Part shown: positions 15,131 to 26,925 of the stretch, in pieces | How positions within the stretch are numbered: the stretch's first letter is position 1 | Layout: each line of letters starts with the position of its first letter | Notes under the pieces: model-generated | Told to the model about the DNA's origin: nothing | Seen by the model: the letters and a program-made list of their open reading frames with translations, nothing else | Database searches by the model: none | Program-made: the position numbers and the translations under genes | NCBI GenBank assembly: GCA_050084515.1 | Contig: CM114271.1 | Location: 13,454,001 to 13,518,000, forward strand | DNA length: 64,000 nucleotides | Reading direction: 5' to 3' | Source: Blasia pusilla | Taxonomy: Eukaryota

Positions 15131-15790
15131 ACCTACCAAATTTGGAAAAATATTTACAAAATTCTTACGTGTTCATTAAGTGCATGGCCATGTCCACCGT
15201 GGCCATGTGATTCGGGAAGGGATGGAGGATCACTGCCCTCATGCAAAAATGAACCTCCAGGGAGTTTGGACGCTCTGATGCAAGTTGCGACCACGCCATG
15301 AATCTATGGTTGTCATCCCACATGAAGAAGTACAAAATCTGCATCCACTTGTATTGCATTTCTGCAACTGCCTTCCGGATCTCTACGTCCCTCACTCTCC
15401 AAAATGCATCCAAGTTCTCCAGGTCTTCCTCAATAACCAAGGCCTATGTTCCATGTTCATCATAAGGCTGAACATAGAAAGGAGGAAAGTTATCTACATA
15501 TGAAGTCGTTGCAGCTGACTGCTTCAACTTCTCAATGTCTTCATCGGACTGAATCTCTCAAATGTATTCCATAGTCTGGAGTGGACAGAGGGGAATCCTT
15601 GGGGCATTAGGGCCATCCACCATTGCCATTTACTTCATAACGTGCGCGAATGTCAACAATATCAATTCCAATTTTCATTCCAATGAAAAGCAATGGAATG
15701 AACCGAAACAAATGTCGAAGAATGCATACCCGCTCGAAAATTGGGTCGGTGTTAAGGTCGGCGAGTTGCCACGGCCACAGCCTTTTCCTT
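11250..15790 (-). pseudogene. Decayed TE-borne gene: ParB/Srx-like N-terminal domain and C-terminal amino-methyltransferase-like segment
   Basis: IPLCPL...DIEKLK...FYV...FFMWDDNHRFMAW (15285-15600) resembles the ParB DG-x-HR motif; VDLLIVDLSLG...DWN...YMSDKGCFLV (12340-12515) resembles the DPPY region of N4/N6 MTases. Multiple stops and frameshifts. Confidence 0.5.
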
Positions 15791-16157
15791 CCTGGCTTTG
15801 GCCAATTCGGCTTTCCGGTAGGCGGCGTCCTACCTCTTCTTATGGTTGATCTGAGCCTCCATCCGTTTCTTCTCCGCCTTTGCAAGTAGTTTTGCTTCCC
15901 TCCTCGCCTCTTGCTTTGTGAGCTTCTCAAGAGCAAGCTTTGCCACCAACTCTTGCTTCCGCATTTTGATTTCGAAGCAAGAGTTGGTGAAAACTCTTGC
16001 TTCGACACGTAACCGCTCCTAGATCTCCTCTCGCCTTACGTCTTCAGCCAGAAGGAAGTTGGGTTAAAGGAAGTTTCCTCTCTCCTTCTCTCCTCTCTTC
16101 CTCTCTCCTCTCTCCTCTCTCCTCTCTTCCTCTCTTCCTCTACTCTTACCGCGCCTC

Positions 16158-17278
16158 CATATGGAATGTGTAATACCACCTCGATCTTATTTAAGTTCCT
16201 CGGAGACAAGAGATATGCCCCACGTGTACATAGGATGGGTAGTCGAATATTTATACTTGCTCAAGTGGCATGGATGATATGAGGGCGATTAACAATGGTG
16301 CCACATGTGCACCTGATCTTCTTACTCTTACCATCTTAGAGGTGTATGCCACAAATAGTTGAGATGGGTGGCTATCTAGAGTAAGACTCTTAGAGGGACC
16401 TAACTACCATCTAGGGGGCGATTTGAGATATTTAGGTGATGGCTTGCCTCCATGATTATATTCATTGGATGTTTGAGTTAGATTAGTATTTGTGTGTTGA
16501 TTATTGACAGCGATGTGTATGCATACGAACATTGTCATGCCTTTTTTATAGTGGAACAACAAGTTACTATGCGATGTTTTGGTAGAGATTAGAGGCATAG
16601 TCCAATAGGTCATGGATGACCTGCTAGTGAATAGGATAGCCTCCTATAATAGGTTTCCCTTTTGTGTAAATCCATTTTGAGGTCATATGAGGAACTTATT
16701 ATTCCGAGCAAGTTCCCCAATTATGTGAGCTTTAACTTTTTTTATGGAAGATGGCTCTTGACCCACTATTGTAGTTTTAGGGTCAATTGGTGACTTTGGT
16801 GTGCAAGTCACCAAGGGGAGGACTTTGAGGAAGACTTTGCAATTGGTGCACATGTCACCAAAGGGAAAGACTTTGAGGAAGTCTTGCAAGAGGACCAAAG
16901 GGAGGACTTTTGGAAAGACTTTGAGGAGAACCAAAGGGAGGACTTCGGGAGAGGGGATACATCTCAAGGAGAGTGAGCTTGGAGATCTCATTCTCTCCTT
17001 ATTGAACCTTTTGAGCATGAGGCGGCAGAGATATGGTACCTCTTACCTTGTGAATAACCTCATCCTCTCACCATGAGAGTGGGTTTGGTTTGACAAGAAA
17101 GAAAGAGTGAGTGTGCATGAAAGCCATGGAGCTTTTTGTGTGTTGTGTCAGATTTTTCATCCATTTTATTGGAGATATTTGGTGACAGCTTGCATCCATG
17201 ATTATATTCGGTAGATAATTGAGTTAGGCTAGTATTTGTGTGTATTGATTAGTGAGAATAATCTGTATGTGCGAGACA
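16158..17278 (+). mobile_element. 3' end of the decayed Gypsy copy: PHD C-half, PPT and B-A-B terminal repeats
   Basis: PPT-like TAGGGGGCGA at 16412-16421; B1 16421-16531; A 16533-17167 (starts TGTCA, has internal short tandem repeats at 16810-16950); B2 17168-17278 ending in CA. Confidence 0.75.
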
Positions 17279-17620
17279 TCTTCCTTCATATCCTATTCTT
17301 CAATATGATCTTCTTTCTTTTCTTCCTATGAGTCAACTTCCTTTAAGTCTCGATATGTACAGTTTTTCATCAGCGCTCGTAAGTACACGATATTAGATCA
17401 GCTCCCAAATGGTTAAAAAAATATACAGGTCTCGAGTTCGTTGGTATGGTCAAAGATATGGTGGTAACCAATTTTCCTCATTTTCAAAGAGAATGTCAAC
17501 CAACTTAAACAAGTCCTTGGGATTTGGTTTTTCACATTTGGCTTCATCCACAATTCCACATCCTAGATTCAACTCCCGCTTAGATTTTTTCCTAAATGCC
17601 TAAAGGAAAAAATATGTTTT

Positions 17621-18085
17621 CTCCATAACATGGATAATGACTTACCACTAGACCTTACTTGTTATAGTCTGCTTGAAACTCTTTATCATCTCCATTATAG
17701 CTTCCATCACAAAATAGAGCATTCTCGTAAGCTCAAAGTGCCTTAAATCAATAGGGAACATCAACTATGGCAAGCATGTAATCCCTTTTCATGACTAATA
17801 TTGACTCTGATTTCAACATTTTTGACATCCTTGCAAACCAAAATATACTCACTTTACTTCTCCATAACATGGATAATCATAAACCACTAGACCTTACTTG
17901 TTATAGTGTGCTTGAAACTCTTAATCATCTCCAAATAGCTTCCATCACAAAATGGAGCATTCTCGTAAGGCTCAAAGTGCCTCAAATCAGTAGGGAACAT
18001 CAACTATGGCAAGCATGTAATCCATTTTCACGACTATGATGTCAACATTCTTGATATCCTTGCAAACCAAAATATACTCACTTTG
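17621..18085. repeat. Tandem duplication, two units of about 235 bp
   Basis: CTCCATAACATGGATAAT...CTTGCAAACCAAAATATACTCACTTT starts at 17621 and again at about 17859. Confidence 0.9.
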
Positions 18086-18815
18086 AGTTTTGTCATGTAA
18101 AACCTAGGTGTTGGTTTCAAGCCCTATCCTTGTACTAGCTGCATTTGTTGAAACCAATCTCTTCCCACCACTTTGTACAACATTGAAACATTATGTGAGA
18201 AAGCCTTTGGAATTTGAACTCCAATTGGCATCTCATCATCCTCCTCTACTTACTTCTTTCCCTTTCCCTTGCCCCTAGCACCTTTCCAATGCATTTTGAT
18301 CTTAACTCATCAAGAAAGAAGAAACAAAAGTTAGAACCTCCACAATAAAAAAGAGCTCGACAGCCTAGATAAAATAATACATGCAACCAATCATACCACT
18401 CTCAGAAGAAATTTCATTGCATAAAAGATGATGCAATCAATCACACTTGTAAGCACTCCTCAAAGTGATTGTAATTGGATGCATGAGAAGTCATGCATTG
18501 GATCATAGGTTGGTAGCACTCCGCAAAATGATCAACCATATGAGATGTCATGCAACCGATCACTATCCTTGTCGTGTGCCTACTCTCCTTGAACGTCAAT
18601 CTTAGTGTTGCGGAAGCGTACGTTCAGTAGGACACTCTCTCATCGCCAATCTGCACCCAAATGCACTCATCTTAGTCTGGCTTTAGGTCAAGCGGCCTTC
18701 CAACCCATCGGGTCCTCAACCCAGCATCTAATCAAGCTCAACCTTCCCTCATTCCTAGGTGCCCAACACGGCAAGTCCTTCAAGACTTGGAACAGACTTT
18801 CTGGTTAGTCCAAGA

Positions 18816-19576
18816 TGTCGTGCGCATACACATCGCTACACAACATACATCGCTGTCACTGAACACACACACAAACACGCACGATCCCATGCTAACTCAT
18901 GGCATCCAAACAACGAGACAAGAAGTACCAAATATCTCCAATAAAGTAAGATCCAATCTCTCTCTACACAATCTCACACCATAGCTCTCAAAGGTGCGCA
19001 CTCTCTCTCATGTCAAACCAAACCCACAAATGAGAGGCTTGGGTTACACTCACAAGGCAAGGGACCATAGCTCCGCCGCCTCATGCCAAGAGGTTCAACA
19101 AAGAGAGAATGAACTCTCAAGCTCTCTCTCCTTGGGATATATACCCTTCCCCTCTCCCAAGCTCTCTCCATGGTAACCTATTCTCCCAAGTCACCTCTTT
19201 GGCTCTTGACCTGATGTAGGAGGTCAAGGGCCAATTACAAGTAAAGTCAATCATATACTCAAAATGGTACTTACCTAAAATAGTAAGTTCCTCAATATGG
19301 CTCCAAATGAGCCAAAACAAAGGGGAAACCTACTCTCTCAGGTTTCCCGGGGCCTCAGCAGGTCATCCTCGACCTCCTAGGCCTGTCCTCCACTACTCTT
19401 GAAGACGCTCTACTAGATCTCACTGATCTATCCTAAAGGACGTGACAGCTATCGTGCGCATACACATCGCTACACAACATACATCGCTATCATCTAACAC
19501 ACACATAAACACGCACGATCCCATGCTAACTCATGGCATCCAAACAACGAGAAAAGAAGTACCAAATATCTCCAAT
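18816..19576 (-). repeat. 3' terminal repeat block B1-A2-B2
   Basis: 127-bp B at 19450-19576 and 18816-18942 flanking a 506-bp A; the element ends ...GCGCACGACA. Confidence 0.92.
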
Positions 19577-19763
19577 CGCCCCCCTAGCTGGTGGTTAGGT
19601 CCTTCTAACTCCAGATAGCCATCTATCCCTACCTACCATGACATACATCTCTCGAACACTAAGAGCAAGAAGGCCGGGTGCTCATGTGGCCTCATCGTTA
19701 GTCACCTTCTTGTCATCCATCTCAGAGAAAAAGTCAGGATCGAAAACCTACCTAGTATCTCCT

Positions 19764-19905
19764 CTATGTACATCTGGGACACATCCATCGTCCCTGAGGA
19801 ACCCTAGTGAGAGGTGGCGTCAGACATACCATATGCCAACCTCTCGAAAAACCATCACAGACTAGCATCGTGGCCGCACCACGGGCAGAACCACACAACA
19901 TACAA
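19764..19905 (-). pseudogene. PHD finger at the integrase C-terminus
   Basis: CMLCGSARGAATMLVCDGFSRGWHMVCLTPPLTRVPQGRWMCPRCT*, a C4HC3 pattern with one C>F; intact in the copy at 53480-53620. Confidence 0.93.
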
Positions 19906-21010
19906 CGCAAGCCTGCAGGAACTACTGCTAAGCTCGGATCTATTGTACTATCAACGTTAGGAAGGTGACATGGCGCACAAATACGCACATGGTCCTTCCA
20001 TACCATACCATCGCGTCCCTCCAGCAAGAGAACACCGGATGGCAAAACGTCACGCACTCTCAAGATAGTGCGCCCTGCAGTCACATCCAACGTCGTCGGT
20101 GCCGTCTGCTGCAAGTAGACATAATCTCCTTGATGAAACCTCCGGATAGTTGGTCGTAACCACCACCCCGAATAGTCGCATACCTCAACGTATCTCGATG
20201 CTGCGCAATCGCCAAGTTCTCGAACGCCATGGGCATCACTCTCTGAAACAACTCAGCCCTCTGAGAACATGCTCGCACCCATACATCTGGGTCATCAAGG
20301 TCCAGCACCTCACCAGCATCTCGATGAATGGCCGCAGGTAAATCTGGCTCTCGGCCATAAAGTAGCAAGTACGGTGAATAAGACGCTAAGGATGCCTGCC
20401 TGCTGAATCTATATCCCATCGCCAACCATGGAAACTGGAGGTCCCAATCTCCTAGGTGCCCTCTCTACAAGCCATACTTGCGTAAACCCCTCTTTACCGT
20501 TTGCACAACTCTCTCCGCTAATCCATCCGCCTCGGGATGATCTCACGAAGTCGTGCGGTGGTCGATCAGTGCCTGATCACACAAGGCCTGGAACTCACCA
20601 CGAAACTCGGTACCTTGGTCTATCAACACCTCAGCCGGTGCGCCATAATGACTCAGCACTCTGTCAAGGAAGGCATAAGCTACTCCCTCACTCGCTTTGT
20701 CAGGCAATGCAACCAACTCGATCCACTTCGAGAAGTGCTCGACCATCACCAACACATAACGACTGTGACGCTCTGTCAAAGGAAAAGGTCCTGCGAAATC
20801 CAAACTCCATCTATACCCTAAGCCCATGATCGGTAATGGATGCAACTGTGGAGTCGGAGCATTGAACGATGCTCGGACCCGATCACACACCATGCACCTG
20901 GCAACAAATTGTTGAACGTCAGTCTGCATGCCTTGCCACCAATACTGAATCTAGAGCAAGCTATACGTCCGCTTCACCCCAAAGTGACCCAACTCCTCAT
21001 GGGCATGCTG
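19906..21010 (-). pseudogene. DDE integrase with HHCC zinc finger
   Basis: HEELGHFG...CMVC; WSLDFAGP; LIDQGTEF; ERVVQTVK. Contains stops and frameshifts. Confidence 0.95.
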
Positions 21011-21399
21011 GACTAGTCCTGCTCTCAGCGAAGGATATGGCACTACGCATACTCTGCCATCCTCACAAACCCTCAAAATATGTGTTCCCTCCCAACGGAA
21101 TCGTCTGGCCCGCTGTAGGATCCGATCTCGCTCTCTAGCACCCACAGTGCTCGCAACGCTGCGTGTACGAAGGTACTCCAAGACTATTCCATCATCATGA
21201 ATATCTCGGCCACCTGTCGTCTCCTCACTGGCCTCGGGATCCAAGGACTCTTGACTAGATCTCCCCATCGAAGTCTCCACACTCTGGCTCTCAATAGCCA
21301 ACATGCCTAAATAGGCTGACGTGTGCCATCCTGGCACTGACTCCTCATCACTCTCTCCATGCCATCGAGCTCCAGTCGCATCTCGCTGACTCGGGCATG

Positions 21400-22740
21400 G
21401 GTTACGACTCAACCCATCTGCATCCTGGTTGAGCGTCCCAAGTCTATGTACCACCTGAAAATCATACTCCTGCAACAATAGAGCCCATCTCGCAAGCTTT
21501 CCTGTAAGCTTGTCGGACTCCATCAACCACTTCAGTGGTTGATGATCAGTGATGATGGTAAAGGGGTTGCCTGAATAAGTAACACCTGAAATGCGCGATA
21601 GCCCACACCGCAGCCAAGCACTCACCCTCATACGAGCTGTACTTCGCCTTTGCAGCGTTGTTCGAGCGGCTAGCGTAAGCCACCACGAACTTTCTACCCT
21701 CATCATCATGCTGGGTGATCACCGCTCCAAGCCCCAACATGCTCCAATCTGTGTGCAACTAGAAAGGACGCCCCCTGATCGGTCTCCTCAAGATGGGCGT
21801 AGACGTCAACCTGTCCTTGAGCAACTGAAATGCTCGCTCCTGCTCATCCCCCCAGTGCCACTTGTGATCCACCTTAGTCAGCAAGGTCAGTGGCTTCGCA
21901 ATCGAACTAAATTCCTTGACGTATCGCCGATAGAAGATCGCCAATCCCATGAATGCGCGAACCCGGCTCACATCTGTAGGGCGTGGAATGCGTGAGATAG
22001 CCTCTACCTTCATTTGTTGAACACCAAGGCCCCCTGGGTATATCGTATGACCCAAGTACTCAATCTGGTCGTAGAAGAACTTGCACTTGCCTGGATTTAG
22101 CTTCAGCCCATGTAATTGCAATCGTTGAAACACCTCCTCTAGATGTCGCTCATGCTCCTCAACGGTGGCGCTAAAGACTACGATATCATCAATATAATAC
22201 CTAGCAAAATCCAGACCAGCCAAGATCCTATCCATCACCCTCTGAAACTCAGCCGGGGCGTTCTTTAACCCAAATGGTAAGAACCGCCACTGGTACAAAC
22301 AATCCTTCCTGTGAGGATCAATGCCCCAAAATGCCACCATACACTTTTGTCCTCCAACTGATAGGCGGTTGATGGTATCTCGGCTCATAAATCAATGAAT
22401 CAAGACCTTTGCATGACCAATCGCATCAAAGATCTCCTCAGGGGTGGGCATGGCATACCTATCGGACTTCGTCTGCCGATTGATAGGCCAGTAATCCCCA
22501 CACATCCGCCTATCCGTCCAGTTGCCATGCACATCCTTCTTGGCGGGCATGATAGTGGCAGATGCATACTCCCCAAGTCCTGGCTCCTACTCTGAATTAG
22601 AGCCCTCTCCATATCACTGTACCTGTAGGGTCGTCGGAAGATTGGCGTATCACTCGACAACTCAATGCGGATCCCCGGTCCCTTCAGCATACCCAAATCC
22701 TCCATGCTAAACGCAAAGCAGCTCCTATAACTCTTGAGGA
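21400..22740 (-). pseudogene. Gypsy reverse transcriptase and RNase H
   Basis: PIFRRPYRYS; YQWRFLPFGLKNAPAEFQRVMD; YYIDDIVVFS; LHTDWSMLGLGAV; YSSYEGECLAAVWA; TDHQPLKWL. Confidence 0.96.
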
Positions 22741-23139
22741 ACTCATGTATTCGGCGCCCCTCTCCTCCTGTCAACTAAGGGCCCATATCTGGCTCCCAAG
22801 TCTCCATTGTGACTACGGTAGGACTCTCCGGCCCAGGTATCGGTGGTTGCTATGGTGCAAACCCGTCTCGAACAACAACACTCGGCCACTCTCCTACAAC
22901 CAACTGCAAACTCTGATCTCCTCCACGTGCAGTGCCCGAAACCATACTCGATGTTGTGGCTATCATCTCCTTGCGTACCTGCAAAACATCCCAAGAAGTC
23001 CAAGGGTGTCTCTCTCGATCTCCTCGGGTCTCGCCCCCAGCCACTGCCTCCAACGTCTCGGTAGGCATGGGGCTCACCAACGCAACCGTTGTGATCTGTC
23101 GCGATCTCATACGACGCTGCTCAGCCACTCCCAAGCTAA

Positions 23140-24070
23140 GGATCCATGTCAAGCAGTTCAGGTCCATGGCTTGACCCAAGACATGGCGTCGTGATGCCTC
23201 TGACACTGACGGTACTGCCGTCACTCCTGTGGGAAATCCCATCGATGGCTCTCTCTCGTCGGCGTTGGGCTTCACTCACTGCTAAACCTGGTCATCCCAA
23301 ACCAAGCCAGGACTGGCCTCCTTGTATGCATAGGAAGCGGGAAAACTCACAAACGTGGGCAAGGCTGCCCGCGGCCTGCCTACCCTGTTGACCACAGTCA
23401 ACGGTGGTCGATCATCGTGCCTCACTTCCTGTGATCGACGACGTGGATCCAGAATGGAATCCACTAACAAATGGGAAGGGCGCTCCACTCTCGCATACGC
23501 CCTCCGTAACACCGCATGGGGCACAAAGTTGGTCCATCATAGACACGGACGATGGGCTCTAGAACCTACACTCGCCGCATCCAAGAACACTGCTGGGCCG
23601 ATCGAGGCACGCACCTGATGAGCACTCATCACCACCCGTGACCGGGAGTCTCCTAAGATCGGCACATTCTCCAAAATGTAGGTTGGAGAATCCTACAACT
23701 GCCGTAAGACCCTCAACATCTCCCAAAACAACCTCGACCGAGTGTCAGCCAACCCGCTGCCTCGTCCAGCACTCGATTGGCCCTCACATGGCCAACCGGC
23801 AATGACCAAATCAATGGTCCCTACCCGCTCTAAGTCCTACGCCCCCAACAACGAAATATCCCTCGGTAGGGAACTCTGATATCCTTGTACTGCGGACGTA
23901 GACAATAAGTCGAGAAAACGTAGGCATAAATGCGCCACATGTAGTAGTGAGACGCGCCTCGCAACATCATCACTCTCCACATACAGGTACTGCTGTACTC
24001 GCACTCCTGCCTGCAAAACAGCAGCTAACCCGGTGCTAATCCCTCCAAAGAGATCTAACACTCGAATACC
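23140..24070 (-). pseudogene. C5 cytosine DNA methyltransferase domain (DNMT3-like) inside Pol
   Basis: Motif I IRVLDLFGGISTG; II YLYVE; IV IDLVIAGWPCEGQS (catalytic PC kept); VI YILENVP; VIII AHRPCLWWTN; IX PNADERE..MGF; X RRHVLGQAMDLN. Confidence 0.93.
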
Positions 24071-24479
24071 CTCCTCTAGGGTACACCACACAATAGGTGT
24101 GGTATCTAAGGGTGTCATCGTAGCACTCCCTGCTACCTCGGGCTCCTCAGACCCGTCACGCTGCGGTGCAAACGCCTCGCTCCACGCGGTCTGCACGTGC
24201 TCATCTGCCAATCGTCGAAGCTCCTCAGTCGAGCCCCATATCGGCACCTCTCCTCCACGAAATGATGCACCTACCATAACACTCCTCTCCATAGAAATGT
24301 CAGGAACGGGAGTATCCTCTATATGGACATGTCCCTCAATCAAATCACTAGGCCAAGTGATGGCACTGCTAAATGCTGCTAAGGTCGCCATCTCTCCTGG
24401 CCATTGCTCGATCACTGCACATGTGAATCAAACGGGTAATGAGCTAAGGCGCCCATCACCTGACTACCATCCTGGTCTG

Positions 24480-24850
24480 TAGGACGTTGACTCCTCCCAG
24501 TAATCCAGGGAAAACCCCATCGGGTATAACACTGCTCCACCAACCAAGAGGTCGTAGGACTCTGCATCACTCACTATCGCTTTGGCGGGCACCACAGACT
24601 CATCAGTAGGATGTCCTGAGCAAATCCTTACCACGACCTCCTATCGGGTGATATACTATGTGGTACTCGCTCCACCCAAGGATGTCTGCATCCGGAATGG
24701 ACAACGCTCCACATCGGCTCTCGTCAAGCCCAATCCTCTGAATGACGCTTTCCCCAACATCAGGGGTTACGCTCCTGAATCCAACAATACGCGCTACGGA
24801 CTAAAAGCTCTACCTCTAGGACTCACCAACTGGAAGACCTCTCCTCGGTT
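24480..24850 (-). pseudogene. Retropepsin aspartic protease
   Basis: RVLLDSGA*PLMLGK...SYDLLVGGAVL. Confidence 0.85.
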
Positions 24851-25459
24851 ATCCAGCAACACAACACCAAGAGAAGCCATGGCACGCTCTATCGCAGGTC
24901 TAGCAGGCATCTCCGCCATTCTAGCAGCCGCAGCCAACCATGAATCTGACGTGGACAGTCTGAGCATCCGCTCCAAGGGCACGTCCATCACCTCCTCTGC
25001 AATCACCTCTGAAAGTGATGCAGGAACTCTAACTCCGCGCTCACATAGCGACGCGGCCAGCCAAAAAGCCTCGCGGGCGTATCCCCCAACGTCATAACAT
25101 CGGAAGCAGAAAATAAAGGAGTGGGGTACACAACGGTGGCCGCCCCCAACAATGTGCTCGACACATGACCCTCCTGAGCATCAACAATAGGAGTCGTCGC
25201 GCTCGCTTCTCCCATCGCCCTCCATGCCTGCACACCAACAACATCACCAACTCTCATGGAACTTTGATGAGGACCCATCGATGGGGTCCTCATCGCTTCG
25301 GACAATGTGAAAGACTGAGGAAGCCTAGTCTATTTTCTAGCTTCCCCTCGCTGTGGATCCAACTCTGCGGTTGCTCCACGCGTCACAACTACGGCGGCCT
25401 CCATCTGGGCAACTCTGCACATCCAATCAGGATCCTGCAGATCTCTAGCTGCTCCATAT

Positions 25460-26925
25460 GATGTCGATGCCACGGATACGGCATCGTGTAACCTCAATGC
25501 CATAGCGGCAATCTGCTCCTGTAGCTGTTGTATCTGAGCAGCCATCCCAGCCTCATGTCCGGCGTCTCCCTCGGCGCGTCTAGGTGGTGGTACTCTACCT
25601 CCTTCACGGGCAGCTCCACCACCCTGTCGGGCAACTCCAGCTCCTCGTCCCCCAACGGGACCATCTGGTGCACGATCTCTAGGCCCATCCGGACCGGCTA
25701 CTCGCTCTGGTGCCCTCTCTAGCCCTCAGTCCAAATGTAACTGAGAATATAAACTGAAACATTTGGTGCATGTATGACCATACCTCTGACAATAGTCACA
25801 CTGATAACCTCCTGGTGCAGCACCATCTCCTCCTCCATGCTGAGGCATACATCCATGACCCTGACGAGTGTAATGGCGCTCATGATGGGCTCCACCACAT
25901 GACCAACAAGTAATAGTAGGCGGTTGCTTTTGAGCCGCATATGAAGGCGCAGGTCTCTGTGCCACCGGCTCCCGGTATCCTCCCTGAGCTCGTGGTGCCA
26001 CAGTTGACCTATCTCGGAGTCCACGTTGTCGCACGGTGATGCGACCAATCGCGCTCGCCGCCGCCGAACTCATGGTGGCTACGCTCTCCTCCGCCATGTT
26101 GCGCTCAATGTTCTTGGCGGTCCTAAAAACATCTCTCAACGTAGGGGATGTGTTCACAAGAAGCACCCCCTTCCGCACCCGTGGCCATAGGGTCTGGTCC
26201 AGCATCGCGTACCATGATTGGATAGCCTGAGCCTCTGTCACCCCTTGAGTGACGTTGATCAACTGGCGCAAGCGAGTGTAAGCCTCACGTAAACTCTCAC
26301 CCGGGCGCCTCTAGAAGTTGTGGATGCTCCGCAACTTTTCCGTCCGTACCCCTTGGTAGTTCGCCCTCAACTCAGCAAAAAACTCAACCACGGGGTTGAA
26401 CCTGGGATGAACCCGACTAGACGGTGCAACTGCTCCAGTGCGAGTGACCCCTCCTAAAACATCACTAGTGGAAGAGGAAGTAGCCTCTCCTGACTCCTCC
26501 TCCTCATCTGGGAACGGCTCCGTCCATGACACATAGTGTGGGTTGTAGTAGAGTCGCCATGCCTCAATCTCATGGGCATATCTGTGGGAAAACTCATGGT
26601 AATCGTCCATGGGTGCCCCCTCTAAATGCTGGAACATACCGTTCCATGCTGTAAACGGGTTGAACTCTCTAGAGTTTCTGGCCCATTGGGAGTCGCACCA
26701 ACTCCTAAACTCTGCTATGAAATCGTGCAACTCAATCGTACCTACTGCACCTGAAAACCTACGCTGTCCTCTACCCCGGTCATCCATCTCGTACGTCCAA
26801 CCGGTAGGACCACTCACAATGTGTGGCGATGTGCTCACAAATTCCTCTACACCCTCCCCCTTGTCTGACGATGACACAGAAGGAGGTCGAGGTGGTCCCT
26901 GAAGTGAAGACCCTCGGAACCTCAC
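25460..26925 (-). pseudogene. Gag with two zinc knuckles
   Basis: F*RRPGESLREAYTRLRQL (major-homology-like); CWSCGGAHHERHY and CDYCQRYGHTCTKC. Confidence 0.85.

Larger units (their letters stand above)
9278..16157 (-). mobile_element. 6.9-kb insertion with a 9-bp target-site duplication (Mutator-like borders) splitting the Gypsy PHD finger
   Basis: CATTTGGAA (9269-9277) and CATATGGAA (16158-16166) flank it; the PHD resumes after it (HMECVIPP...CPTCT*); G...C ends with imperfect inverted AG-rich/CT-rich termini. No transposase recognised. Confidence 0.7.

Noticed and set aside
23140-24070. DNMT as a host DRM/DNMT3 gene or bacterial contamination
   Set aside because: It is intronless, colinear with pol, has unpermuted motif order (unlike DRM), recurs in several TE copies and is contiguous with intron-containing plant genes.
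24794-24796. TAG just before the protease, shared with 61642, as a programmed gag-pol readthrough codon
   Set aside because: It falls inside the protease fold, a second TAG is also shared further on, and TAGs are abundant throughout; recurrent CAG>TAG decay explains it more simply.
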